Assembly (NCBI GenBank): GCA_018653365.1
Contig: JABIAG010000001.1
Coordinates: 210,526-234,525, forward strand
Direction of reading: 5' to 3'
Length of the DNA: 24,000 nucleotides
Source of the DNA: Candidatus Woesearchaeota archaeon
GTDB lineage: Archaea; Nanobdellota; Nanobdellia; Woesearchaeales; JABIAG01
Part shown: positions 16,971 through 24,000 of the stretch, piece by piece
How the letters are laid out: every line of letters starts with the position of its first letter
Numbering within the stretch: the stretch's first letter is position 1
The notes under the pieces: generated by a model
Seen by the model: the letters and a program-made list of their open reading frames with translations, nothing else
Told to the model about the DNA's origin: nothing
Databases searched by the model: none
Program-made: the position numbers and the translations under genes

Positions 16971-17640
16971 TTTTATATACCTCGCATAGACAATCAATAA
17001 TTTTATTTTTTTTATTGATGGTAATGACTTTTTTTGTTTTAAATTCTTTTAATGTTTTTTTTGCATTTGCAACAGGTTTTTTGGTTTTAATGGGTTCTCT
17101 TAAATTAAAAATTTGAATTAATTTATTAATTATTTTTTTCTTTTGCGGATATTTTGTTGAGTTGTGACGTTCTTTTGCTTTTTTAATTGTTTCTTTAATT
17201 TTTATTTGTTGATTATTAATAGTAATTCTTGTTTTTATACCTAAGTTTTTTATGTTTGGGAGGTGATTGCCCTGTGCAGAACGAATTGCATTACGAATTT
17301 CTTGTTCTGCTGAAATTTTCCGCTTAAATTTATGCTTAGCTTTATTTAACGAATTTTTAGTTTTATACTTGAAAATTTTACTGTGTTTTTTAATATTTAA
17401 TCTACGTTTTTCTTTGGGCCAAAGGGCGTTGGAATTTAGAATTAAAAAGTGAAATTTTTTCGTTTTTAATAAGTTACGTTTGTTCTTAAAGGTATTGCGT
17501 TTTGTTTCTTTAGGAAGACGGAGTTTATTTTTAAATTTGTGCCAGGCAAGTCTATTAGCGAGTCTGAATTCTTTCTTCGCTTTTTTTTCTTCAAGTCTTT
17601 CAAGTTTATTTTTCATTGTGAAATTTATTTGTTGCTCCAT
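16963..17640 (-). CDS. very basic Lys/Asn/Arg-rich protein, unknown function
   Basis: 225-aa ORF, 8-nt overlap with the ATPase gene; SAEQEIRNAIRSAQGNHLPNI segment is the only non-low-complexity part. Confidence 0.6.
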   Translation of the reverse strand: MEQQINFTMKNKLERLEEKKAKKEFRLANRLAWHKFKNKLRLPKETKRNTFKNKRNLLKTKKFHFLILNSNALWPKEKRRLNIKKHSKIFKYKTKNSLNKAKHKFKRKISAEQEIRNAIRSAQGNHLPNIKNLGIKTRITINNQQIKIKETIKKAKERHNSTKYPQKKKIINKLIQIFNLREPIKTKKPVANAKKTLKEFKTKKVITINKKNKIIDCLCEVYKNV

Positions 17641-17837
17641 ACATTGATATTTGAGACGTTAAACCCGTGAACCCTTCCACGAATCTGTAATTTAAGACAG
17701 TGAGTTTGAACAGCGTGCCAAGAACGGTTAATTGTGAGCGCAATATCTCGAGTAGATTTGGGATTTGGGGAATTTTTTAGAACTTTCAGTATATCTTTAT
17801 CTATTCTTTCGCCTAATTTGGCTTTCCTGGTAACCAT
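17625..17837 (-). CDS. small winged-HTH DNA-binding protein (ORF opens at 17882; ATG at 17837 preferred)
   Basis: GERIDKDILKVLKNSPNPKSTRDIALTINRSWHAVQTHCLKLQIRGRVHGF; ATG lies about 25-30 nt from TATA tttatata, a leaderless arrangement. Confidence 0.65.
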   Translation of the reverse strand: MVTRKAKLGERIDKDILKVLKNSPNPKSTRDIALTINRSWHAVQTHCLKLQIRGRVHGFNVSNINVWSNK

Positions 17838-17860
17838 TATTTGTTTAATTATTTGGTTAA

Positions 17861-17869
17861 GTATATAAA
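17861..17869. promoter_or_regulatory. candidate bidirectional TATA box (gtatataaa / tttatatac)
   Basis: Spacing about 25-30 nt to the leaderless ATG at 17837 (minus) and about 20-25 nt to the start of a structured element at 17887 (plus). Confidence 0.5.
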
Positions 17870-17886
17870 CCTTTGTCACCACTAGT

Positions 17887-17942
17887 AAGTGTGAAGGTTA
17901 AGTTGAAGGTTTTATCAACTGTTGAACCGAAGGTTCGCACTT
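17887..17942 (+). ncRNA. candidate structured RNA or leader element
   Basis: Nested stems: aagtgtgaa/ttcgcactt (9 bp, one G:U), ggtt/aacc (4 bp), agttga/tcaact (6 bp, 8-nt loop). Confidence 0.45.
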
Positions 17943-18036
17943 AGAGAATGTATATTTTATCATATCATAAAATTTAAAAAAGAAAAACGACTAAACAACA
18001 TAAAAAGAGGCGTATAATAGCATACGAGGTACGAAA

Positions 18037-18564
18037 ATGAATAAAGGACCTGCTGTAGCAGACTTCTGGAACAGCGCAGAACTAACTTCGGGATGTATCT
18101 CTTGTGGAAAACATTACTTCTACATAGATTGGGATGGAAACATAATGCCTTGCGTATTTATTCCATACTACCAAGATAATCTTAAAGACCTGTACGCTAA
18201 CGGCAAAAGCATAATGGATGCAATGTTCTCTGACCTATTTACCAAAGGAAGAGCCTGGCAAAAAGACAATTTTACTAAAAAAGATGGTAAAGTAAGAAAT
18301 TTAATGATGCCCTGTCTTGTTAGAGATAATCACAAAGACTTTGTATCAATTGTAAAATCTTGTGAGGGTGTGAAAGGAGAAGATCAAGCAGCAACAGATG
18401 CACTAAATTCTGACGAATACCACGCAGACCTAGAACAGTTTGATGAAGATCTCAAAAAAATAGAAGATCCATACTGGGAAGAGCACTACGAAATGAAAGA
18501 TTCAGAAGAAAACTCTTCTGAAGCTGAAAAATCTGCGGAAAAAGGTACAATGGAAGAAGAATAA
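18037..18564 (+). CDS. orphan SPASM-domain protein (C-terminal part of a radical SAM/SPASM family, no SAM core) with acidic tail
   Basis: GPAVADFWNSAELTSGCISCGKHYFYIDWDGNIMPCVFIPYYQDNLKDLY...LMMPCLVRDNHKDF; no CxxxCxxC core upstream (in-frame stop). Confidence 0.7.
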   Translation: MNKGPAVADFWNSAELTSGCISCGKHYFYIDWDGNIMPCVFIPYYQDNLKDLYANGKSIMDAMFSDLFTKGRAWQKDNFTKKDGKVRNLMMPCLVRDNHKDFVSIVKSCEGVKGEDQAATDALNSDEYHADLEQFDEDLKKIEDPYWEEHYEMKDSEENSSEAEKSAEKGTMEEE

Positions 18565-18578
18565 ACTTCTTTATTTTT

Positions 18579-19469
18579 TTATTTTTTATACCAACACTTT
18601 TCTTGAGTATCCCATGCTAAATTAATGTTTGAGGGGAGTGAGGGTTCAACTTGATCTAATTTAATATCTTCATTTAATAAAAACGCTAAATCTTCTGCAG
18701 TTGGTTCCGCATCTGGATCAAACTCATTAGTCCAACACTCAATAAAATCTCCTGTTCGAGTCGTTCGCCAAACAGGATCAAAAAATATTTTACCCTCTGA
18801 TTCTAATTGATATATTTCCTGCCAGTCAATAACCCTGTTGTTTGCAGCCTCTTCTTCACTTTCAGGATGAGGAACATACCCTTCTGTTGATTGAGCTTCA
18901 TTTGGATCACCAAAAGGATTTGTAGGATTGAGCCAGGGCATTGTCCCTTTATGATTTTCAGTTACATTAACTCCATGCAACGCTCCATACTCTGCAATTC
19001 TCTTTCGAATATTTGAACGATCAGGATCTTCAACAGGTGGATGATCCTCGATTGCTTTTTCTAAGACTTCTGCATCTGAAGTTTGTTCTTTAGTTCGTAA
19101 TAATTCCGGATTGGCAATTATGTCTCGATATTTGAGTTCAAGATGGGATGAGTTAAGCCAATGGACTTTAGTAACCCATTTATCCCATACCCGTCCATCT
19201 CTAAGCAAACTATATGTACGAATTTTAACACTTTTGTTAACTCCTCTTGCTTCAATACGTTTTGGACTGTCCTTAACCACTTTATGTTCAAAATACTCAT
19301 CAAAAATCCAAACACTAGAAAGTTGATACTCAATTGGTCCTGCACTAATTTGACCTGTTTTAACAACTAATTCAACAAGCCCATCTCTCATAATTCGATC
19401 ACCTGGCTTAAGACCTTTTAATAATTCAACATCCGGAGAAAACTCAACAGTTTGATACCAATCACTCAT
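18579..19469 (-). CDS. hypothetical acidic protein, no family recognised
   Basis: 296-aa ORF, good codon continuity; YQTVEFSPDVELLKGLKPGDRIMRDGLVELVVKTG N-terminal region. Confidence 0.7.
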   Translation of the reverse strand: MSDWYQTVEFSPDVELLKGLKPGDRIMRDGLVELVVKTGQISAGPIEYQLSSVWIFDEYFEHKVVKDSPKRIEARGVNKSVKIRTYSLLRDGRVWDKWVTKVHWLNSSHLELKYRDIIANPELLRTKEQTSDAEVLEKAIEDHPPVEDPDRSNIRKRIAEYGALHGVNVTENHKGTMPWLNPTNPFGDPNEAQSTEGYVPHPESEEEAANNRVIDWQEIYQLESEGKIFFDPVWRTTRTGDFIECWTNEFDPDAEPTAEDLAFLLNEDIKLDQVEPSLPSNINLAWDTQEKCWYKK

Positions 19470-19600
19470 GACTATAAAGTAAGTTTAATGTGTTTAAAAA
19501 AACTATTGTGATAAAAGAAAATACGCCGCAGCCCAGATTTGTGTCATCACTTCGCTAACGCTACGTTCTGGACGAATCCATTCTTTGCGTAAAGAAATTA

Positions 19601-19713
19601 CGCCGCAGCTCGGATTCGAACCGAGATATCCTTGCGGAAAGACGCTATCTTCATTGCGTTTGTGTGAACGCAAGATTCGAGGCGACCGGAGTACCAGATT
19701 GTCCCACTGCGGC
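19601..19713 (-). tRNA. tRNA-Ser(CGA), class II variable arm, 29-nt intron (about 19647-19675)
   Basis: Acceptor gccgcag/ctgcggc, discriminator G; D stem gga/tcc; loop ctCGAa^...^a; variable arm tttccgcaaggatat; T arm ctcgg-ttcgaat-ccgag; intron hairpin ttgcgtt/aacgcaa. Confidence 0.8.
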
Positions 19714-19726
19714 AAATGTATGAGAA

Positions 19727-21520
19727 CTATTTCGAGGGTTCTTGAGTTTCTTTCTTTTTAAGAGCTTCTTTAGCAACTGCATCTAATTCGATGTGTAAAT
19801 CTTTTAATTGTTTATCCTCAATTGGGGAGGGACTCTCATCCATTGGACATTCAGCTGCTTTATTCTTAGGAAAGGCAATCACTTCACGAATATCATTAGT
19901 ACCATTCATTAAAGCAATAAGTCTATCTGCACCCAAACCCATTCCACCATGAGAGGGCGCACCATAATTATATGCATTAAGTAAAAACCCAAACTTAGTT
20001 TGAGCCTCTTCTTCACTTAAACCAATGAATTTCATAACTCTTTTTTGCACTTCAGGATTAGTAACTCTAATTGAACCAGAACCTAATTCTGTTCCATTAA
20101 GAACAAGATCCCACAAGTCACCCTTGACTTTTTCTGGGCAGGTTTCAAAATTATCAACAAATTCAGGATTTGGCATAGAGAACATATGATGTTCAGGTTC
20201 CCAACGTTTATCTTCTTCGTTCCAAGCAAATAAAGGGAAATCTTTAACCCAACAAAATTTGAAGTCATCTTTATTGTATAATTCAAGATCTTCAGCAAGT
20301 TTATTTCTAAGTCTAGATAAAATGTCATTACATTTTTTTTCTTTATCTGCTATAAACATTAAAATCGAACCTGGTTTAGCTCCAACTTTTGCAATAAGTT
20401 CTTTTTGAACATCTTCAGAAAAGTATTTAGCAATATTACTTTCTAATCCGTTTTCAGTAACACGCATCCAGGCCATACCTTTAGCACCGCTTTTCTGACA
20501 GAAATCAATATATGCATCAATTTCTTTTCTTCCTAACTCTTTTTGAGGATTGATACATTTAACAATTCCACCTGCCGCTTTAATGTCCTTGAAAACACCA
20601 AAATCAGATTTAATAACAATGTCAGTAACTTCAGTTAAGAAAAGATCAAATCTAATGTCTGGCTTGTCATTACCATATTTTTCCATGGATTCTTTATATG
20701 AAAAGACCTTAAACTCAGTTATTTCTTTATTTAGTACCTCTTTGAAAATGTGTTTGAAAAGTTTTTCAACCATATTTCTAATATCATCACTTGTAACAAA
20801 ACTCATTTCTAAATCAAGTTGCATGTGCTCAGGTTGACGATCTGCTCGTAAATCTTCATCCCGCAAACAGATTGCAGTTTGATAATATCTGTCACAACCA
20901 GAAATCATAAGAATCTGTTTGTATAATTGTGGTGATTGAGGTAGGGCGTAAAATCCGCCAGCATTAACTCTGGAAGGAACAACATAATCTCTAGCACCCT
21001 CAGGAGTAGACTTAACTAACATAGGGGTTGTAATTTCTAAAAAGTCATTTTTGTTAAAAAAATCTCTAGCAGCAGAAATGATTTTATGCCGACTTAACAA
21101 TCTCTTTTGCATTAAAGGTCTACGTAAGTCTAAGTAACGATATTTTAGTCTAAGTTCTTCACCTGCTTCAACTCGATCATCAACTTCAATAGGCGGAACA
21201 GCAGATTTATTAATAATATTAAGTGTATCAGCAAAAACTTCAACCTCTCCAGTAGGAAGCTTTTTGTTAGTCATACCCTCTTTTCGAGCCCTAACTTCGC
21301 CCTTAATTTCAATACAAAACTCTCGTCGTAAAGATTCTGCAGCCTCCATAACTGTAGAATTAAATTCGGGATCAAAAACTACTTGAGTTAAACCATATCT
21401 ATCTCTTAAATCAACAAAAATAATTCCACCATGATCTCTTCGAGTGTGAACCCAACCAACTAAATTAACCTTATCTCCAATATTTTCTTTCTTTAGTTCG
21501 TTGTTCTTATGAGTTCTCAT
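19727..21520 (-). CDS. aspS: aspartyl-tRNA synthetase, bacterial type with GAD insertion domain
   Basis: VGWVHTRRDHGGIIFVDLRDRYGLTQVVFDP...RYLDLRRPLMQ...TPEGARDYVVPSR...ALPQSPQLYKQ...GAKPGSILMFIADK...GTELGSGSIRV...GGMGLGADRLIALMNGTNDIREVIAFPK. Confidence 0.95.
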   Translation of the reverse strand: MRTHKNNELKKENIGDKVNLVGWVHTRRDHGGIIFVDLRDRYGLTQVVFDPEFNSTVMEAAESLRREFCIEIKGEVRARKEGMTNKKLPTGEVEVFADTLNIINKSAVPPIEVDDRVEAGEELRLKYRYLDLRRPLMQKRLLSRHKIISAARDFFNKNDFLEITTPMLVKSTPEGARDYVVPSRVNAGGFYALPQSPQLYKQILMISGCDRYYQTAICLRDEDLRADRQPEHMQLDLEMSFVTSDDIRNMVEKLFKHIFKEVLNKEITEFKVFSYKESMEKYGNDKPDIRFDLFLTEVTDIVIKSDFGVFKDIKAAGGIVKCINPQKELGRKEIDAYIDFCQKSGAKGMAWMRVTENGLESNIAKYFSEDVQKELIAKVGAKPGSILMFIADKEKKCNDILSRLRNKLAEDLELYNKDDFKFCWVKDFPLFAWNEEDKRWEPEHHMFSMPNPEFVDNFETCPEKVKGDLWDLVLNGTELGSGSIRVTNPEVQKRVMKFIGLSEEEAQTKFGFLLNAYNYGAPSHGGMGLGADRLIALMNGTNDIREVIAFPKNKAAECPMDESPSPIEDKQLKDLHIELDAVAKEALKKKETQEPSK

Positions 21521-21630
21521 ACTTTCTGGAATGAACCGGCCTTATTTAAAGTTTTTGTGATTCAAACACAAAAATTGCTAACCTTTATAAACCGATTCGG
21601 GTCTCAACAAAAATAAACAAATAAGAGGTA

Positions 21631-22101
21631 GTGATAATGACTGATAGATATGTGTGTGGACAAAGAAAAATACCTGAACAAATGCCGGTGAGACCTTTAC
21701 GAAGTAAAAGAGCGCTGGTTGTAGATGATGATAGTTCTGTTGCAAGAGTAATAAAACAATTATTAGAAAGAGAGCATTACAGTGTTACTTTACGAACTTC
21801 AGTAGGGAGTGGCATTGCTGCCATAAAAATGGGATTAATACCTGATTTGGCAGTAATTGATGTTTTGTTTCCTAATGCTAGTGGAAGAGAATATCCCGGA
21901 GGAGTTGATGTTTATCGAGCATTAAGAGAACGAAGTCATAACACCCCTGTTGTATTTATGACTGGTGCTTATGATGAAGAGCGCTTTGCTGATGTTGATG
22001 ACGCGATAACTACAAATTGTGCAGTACTTGTACAAAAACCATTAATACAATTAGGTCTTCACAGAGCAATAAGAAATGCTTATGCTAAAGCCGGAAAATA
22101 A
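21631..22101 (+). CDS. stand-alone response-regulator receiver (REC) domain protein
   Basis: RALVVDDDSSVARVIKQLLER...DLAVIDVLFPNASG...TPVVFMTGAYDEE...VLVQKP: acidic pocket, phospho-Asp, T and K all present. Confidence 0.85.
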   Translation: MIMTDRYVCGQRKIPEQMPVRPLRSKRALVVDDDSSVARVIKQLLEREHYSVTLRTSVGSGIAAIKMGLIPDLAVIDVLFPNASGREYPGGVDVYRALRERSHNTPVVFMTGAYDEERFADVDDAITTNCAVLVQKPLIQLGLHRAIRNAYAKAGK

Positions 22102-22153
22102 TTTCTTTTTTTTTCTTAAACTTTATATAGAGTTATGGATTAGTTTTGTTTAT

Positions 22154-22243
22154 GGGCCTGTAGCATAATCTGGATAGTGCGGCTGGCTTCGGTTTTTTCC
22201 GAGATGAAACCAGTTGATCGGGGTTCAAATCCTCGCAGGCTCA
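22154..22243 (+). tRNA. tRNA-Arg(TCG) with about 16-nt intron (about 22193-22208)
   Basis: Acceptor gggcctg/caggctc-A; anticodon stem gctgg/ccagt; loop ctTCGg^ttttttccgagatgaa^a; T arm cgggg-ttcaaat-cctcg. Confidence 0.9.
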
Positions 22244-22287
22244 TATTCTAATTATCTTTATAAATGAACTAATATTATTAGTTAAAT

Positions 22288-22581
22288 ATGGCTGATAAAC
22301 GAAGATTGTTAATGACTTTGGATAGAATGGCTGTTTTGTCTCATTCTTTAGCTAATGGTGGATTTGGAGAAGCAATATCTGAATTAGAAGACGAAGTACT
22401 TCCTAAACTATGGGGGTTAGCAGCAAAACAAGGTGAAACTTTTGACTTTTTTGTTGACGGACCATCTGTGACTGCATTCGCATTAGAATATAAAACAGCA
22501 GTGAATGCTGGAGATTTTGCTGGTGCACAAGCTTCTGTAATAGATTACAAAGAATTTGCAGAGCGCGCTGCTATCGAGTAA
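22288..22581 (+). CDS. small hypothetical protein
   Basis: 97-aa ORF, ATG MADKRRLLMTLDRMAVLSHSLANGGFGEAISELEDEVLPKLW; non-repetitive and helix-rich. Confidence 0.6.
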   Translation: MADKRRLLMTLDRMAVLSHSLANGGFGEAISELEDEVLPKLWGLAAKQGETFDFFVDGPSVTAFALEYKTAVNAGDFAGAQASVIDYKEFAERAAIE

Positions 22582-22660
22582 TAGAATAATGCATTTCCGA
22601 AAGCTTTATAAATATGTTACTACTTTTTAACTGTATAACCTGATTCTAAAGGTGGACTAA

Positions 22661-23299
22661 ATGGACGAAAATCAATTAAAAACTGGAACTACCACAGTGG
22701 CTTTAGTTTGTTCGGATGGTATTGTAATGGGAGCAGACCGAAGAGCAACAACTGGTAATTATATTGCCATAAAGCACGCAGATAAAGTATTTCAGGTATC
22801 AGATAATATGGCGCTAACCTTAGCAGGAAGCGTAGCAGACGCACAATTATTAGTAAAACTAATCAAGGCTGAAATTCAGCTAAAAAAATTAAGAACACAC
22901 CGAGACGTAACTGTAAAAGAGGGTGCAAATTTATTGGGAGGACTAGTTTATAGAAATATAAGACAACCCTCAATGTTACCTGGAGTAACACACTTCTTAC
23001 TAGGTGGAAAAGATAAAGAAGGATTTCATTTATACGATTTATTCGCAGACGGTTCTGTAGACGAAATAAAAGATTTTGTTTGTTCAGGAAGCGGAAGCGT
23101 AATTACCTGGGGAGTACTAGAAACAATGTACAAACCAGACATTAATGTTGAAGACGCAAAAAAATTAGTAGCGAAATCAATAAATGCAGCAATACAAAGA
23201 GATTCTGCATCCGGTGGAGGAATAACAATATTCTCAATAACCGAGAAAGGAGTAGAAAAAGTAGTTGACAAAAATTCAAGTATTGATGTAAATCTTTAA
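22661..23299 (+). CDS. psmB: archaeal proteasome subunit beta (short propeptide MDENQLKTG|TTTVAL)
   Basis: TTTVALVCSDGIVMGADRRATTGNYIAIKHADKVFQVSDNMALTLAGSVADAQ...CSGSGSVITWGVLE...DSASGGGI. Confidence 0.93.
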   Translation: MDENQLKTGTTTVALVCSDGIVMGADRRATTGNYIAIKHADKVFQVSDNMALTLAGSVADAQLLVKLIKAEIQLKKLRTHRDVTVKEGANLLGGLVYRNIRQPSMLPGVTHFLLGGKDKEGFHLYDLFADGSVDEIKDFVCSGSGSVITWGVLETMYKPDINVEDAKKLVAKSINAAIQRDSASGGGITIFSITEKGVEKVVDKNSSIDVNL

Positions 23300-23366
23300 A
23301 GTTTTATTTTCAAATCTAAAAAAGCTCAGAAGTAAAACTTCTAGCACAACTAACTCATCGTTAAAA

Positions 23367-24000
23367 ATGGATATATTAAAGGAAATACTGAAATTAATAC
23401 CAAATTCTGAAAGATTAATCTCAGACGCAGGATTCGAGGGAGCCAACATAGTGCTCTACACGAAAGATAAAGACTTTTTTCTAGATAATGGAGGAGTAAT
23501 TAAGGACTTAGTTAACGAATTTAAAAAACGAATTGAGCTACGCTATGATCCTTCAATGGTTCTAGATATGGAAAAAGCAGAAATCGAAATAAATAAAATA
23601 TTACCTGAAGAAGCAAAAGCAGATCAAGTAACATTCGATCCACAAAGATCACAAGTAATAATTGAAACAGAAAAACCAGGAACAGCAATAGGAAAACAAG
23701 GAATGCTTTTAAAAGAAATTAAAAAAGCAACCGGTTGGACTCCACTAATAAAAAGAACACCCACTATTCGATGCGAATTAATCGAAAATGTACGAGGAGT
23801 ATTATACCAAAATTCTGATTATCGTCGAAAATTTTTAGACAAAGTAGGTCATAGAGTATATGACGGCTGGGTTCGAGGTAAAAAAGAGGAATGGATTAGA
23901 ATTAGTCAATTAGGAGCAGGAAGACAGGTAGGACGAAGCTGTTTATTCTTACAAACTCCTGAATCAAGAGTATTATTAGATTGTGGGATAGACCCTGCAG
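23367..24000 (+). CDS. aCPSF1/FttA-like KH + beta-CASP metallo-RNase, 3' end off the window
   Basis: Own translation from ATG 23367 (absent from ORF track): MDILKEILKLIPNSERLISDAGFEGANIVLYTKD...EEAKADQVTFDPQRSQVIIETEKPGTAIGKQGMLLKEIKKATGWTPLIKRTP...EEWIRISQLGAGRQVGRSCLFLQTPESRVLLDCGIDP. Confidence 0.93.
   Translation, partial: MDILKEILKLIPNSERLISDAGFEGANIVLYTKDKDFFLDNGGVIKDLVNEFKKRIELRYDPSMVLDMEKAEIEINKILPEEAKADQVTFDPQRSQVIIETEKPGTAIGKQGMLLKEIKKATGWTPLIKRTPTIRCELIENVRGVLYQNSDYRRKFLDKVGHRVYDGWVRGKKEEWIRISQLGAGRQVGRSCLFLQTPESRVLLDCGIDPA

Noticed and set aside
19503-19715. 70-aa minus-strand ORF
   Set aside because: Spans the tRNA-Ser gene end to end; spurious.
1-24000. CRISPR array, transposon ends, toxin-antitoxin or restriction-modification cassette
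   Set aside because: Scanned by eye; no regularly spaced repeats, transposase/integrase motifs or R-M signatures. The lone methyltransferase at 9481-10041 looks like a small-molecule-type class I MTase, not a DNA MTase.

Overview
AT-rich archaeal window. The archaeal assignment rests on a proteasome beta subunit (psmB), an aCPSF1-like KH/beta-CASP RNase, a TrmB-type regulator, an archaeal-type GluRS, intron-containing tRNAs and leaderless TATA/ATG spacing. Gene style (short genes, small basic and membrane proteins, divergent enzymes) suggests a DPANN-like genome; that part is inference. I support about 29 coding regions, two of them edge-truncated and missing from the supplied ORF track: a cis-prenyltransferase-like gene at the left edge (minus strand) and aCPSF1 at the right edge (plus strand). 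I also support 5 tRNAs: an atypical tRNA-Ala(GGC), an intron-containing CAT tRNA, Arg(GCG), an intron-containing class II Ser(CGA), and Arg(TCG) with a mini-intron. No CRISPR array, transposase, rRNA or recognisable canonical defence cassette was found. The observations most worth a second look are: (i) a compact, overlapping four-gene minus-strand cassette (wHTH, highly basic protein, ParA/MinD ATPase, two-TM protein with a basic tail) with a leaderless promoter; (ii) a 56-nt structured element immediately divergent from that cassette, upstream of an orphan SPASM-domain protein with no radical-SAM core; (iii) tandem HIT-fold genes that both lack the catalytic middle histidine; (iv) a degenerate cis-prenyltransferase homolog; (v) a structurally deviant tRNA-Ala; (vi) a GluRS with an eroded KMSKS motif; (vii) a bacterial-type AspRS in an archaeal context. 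None of these is proven to be a new system. All family names come from reading motifs by eye, without database searches.
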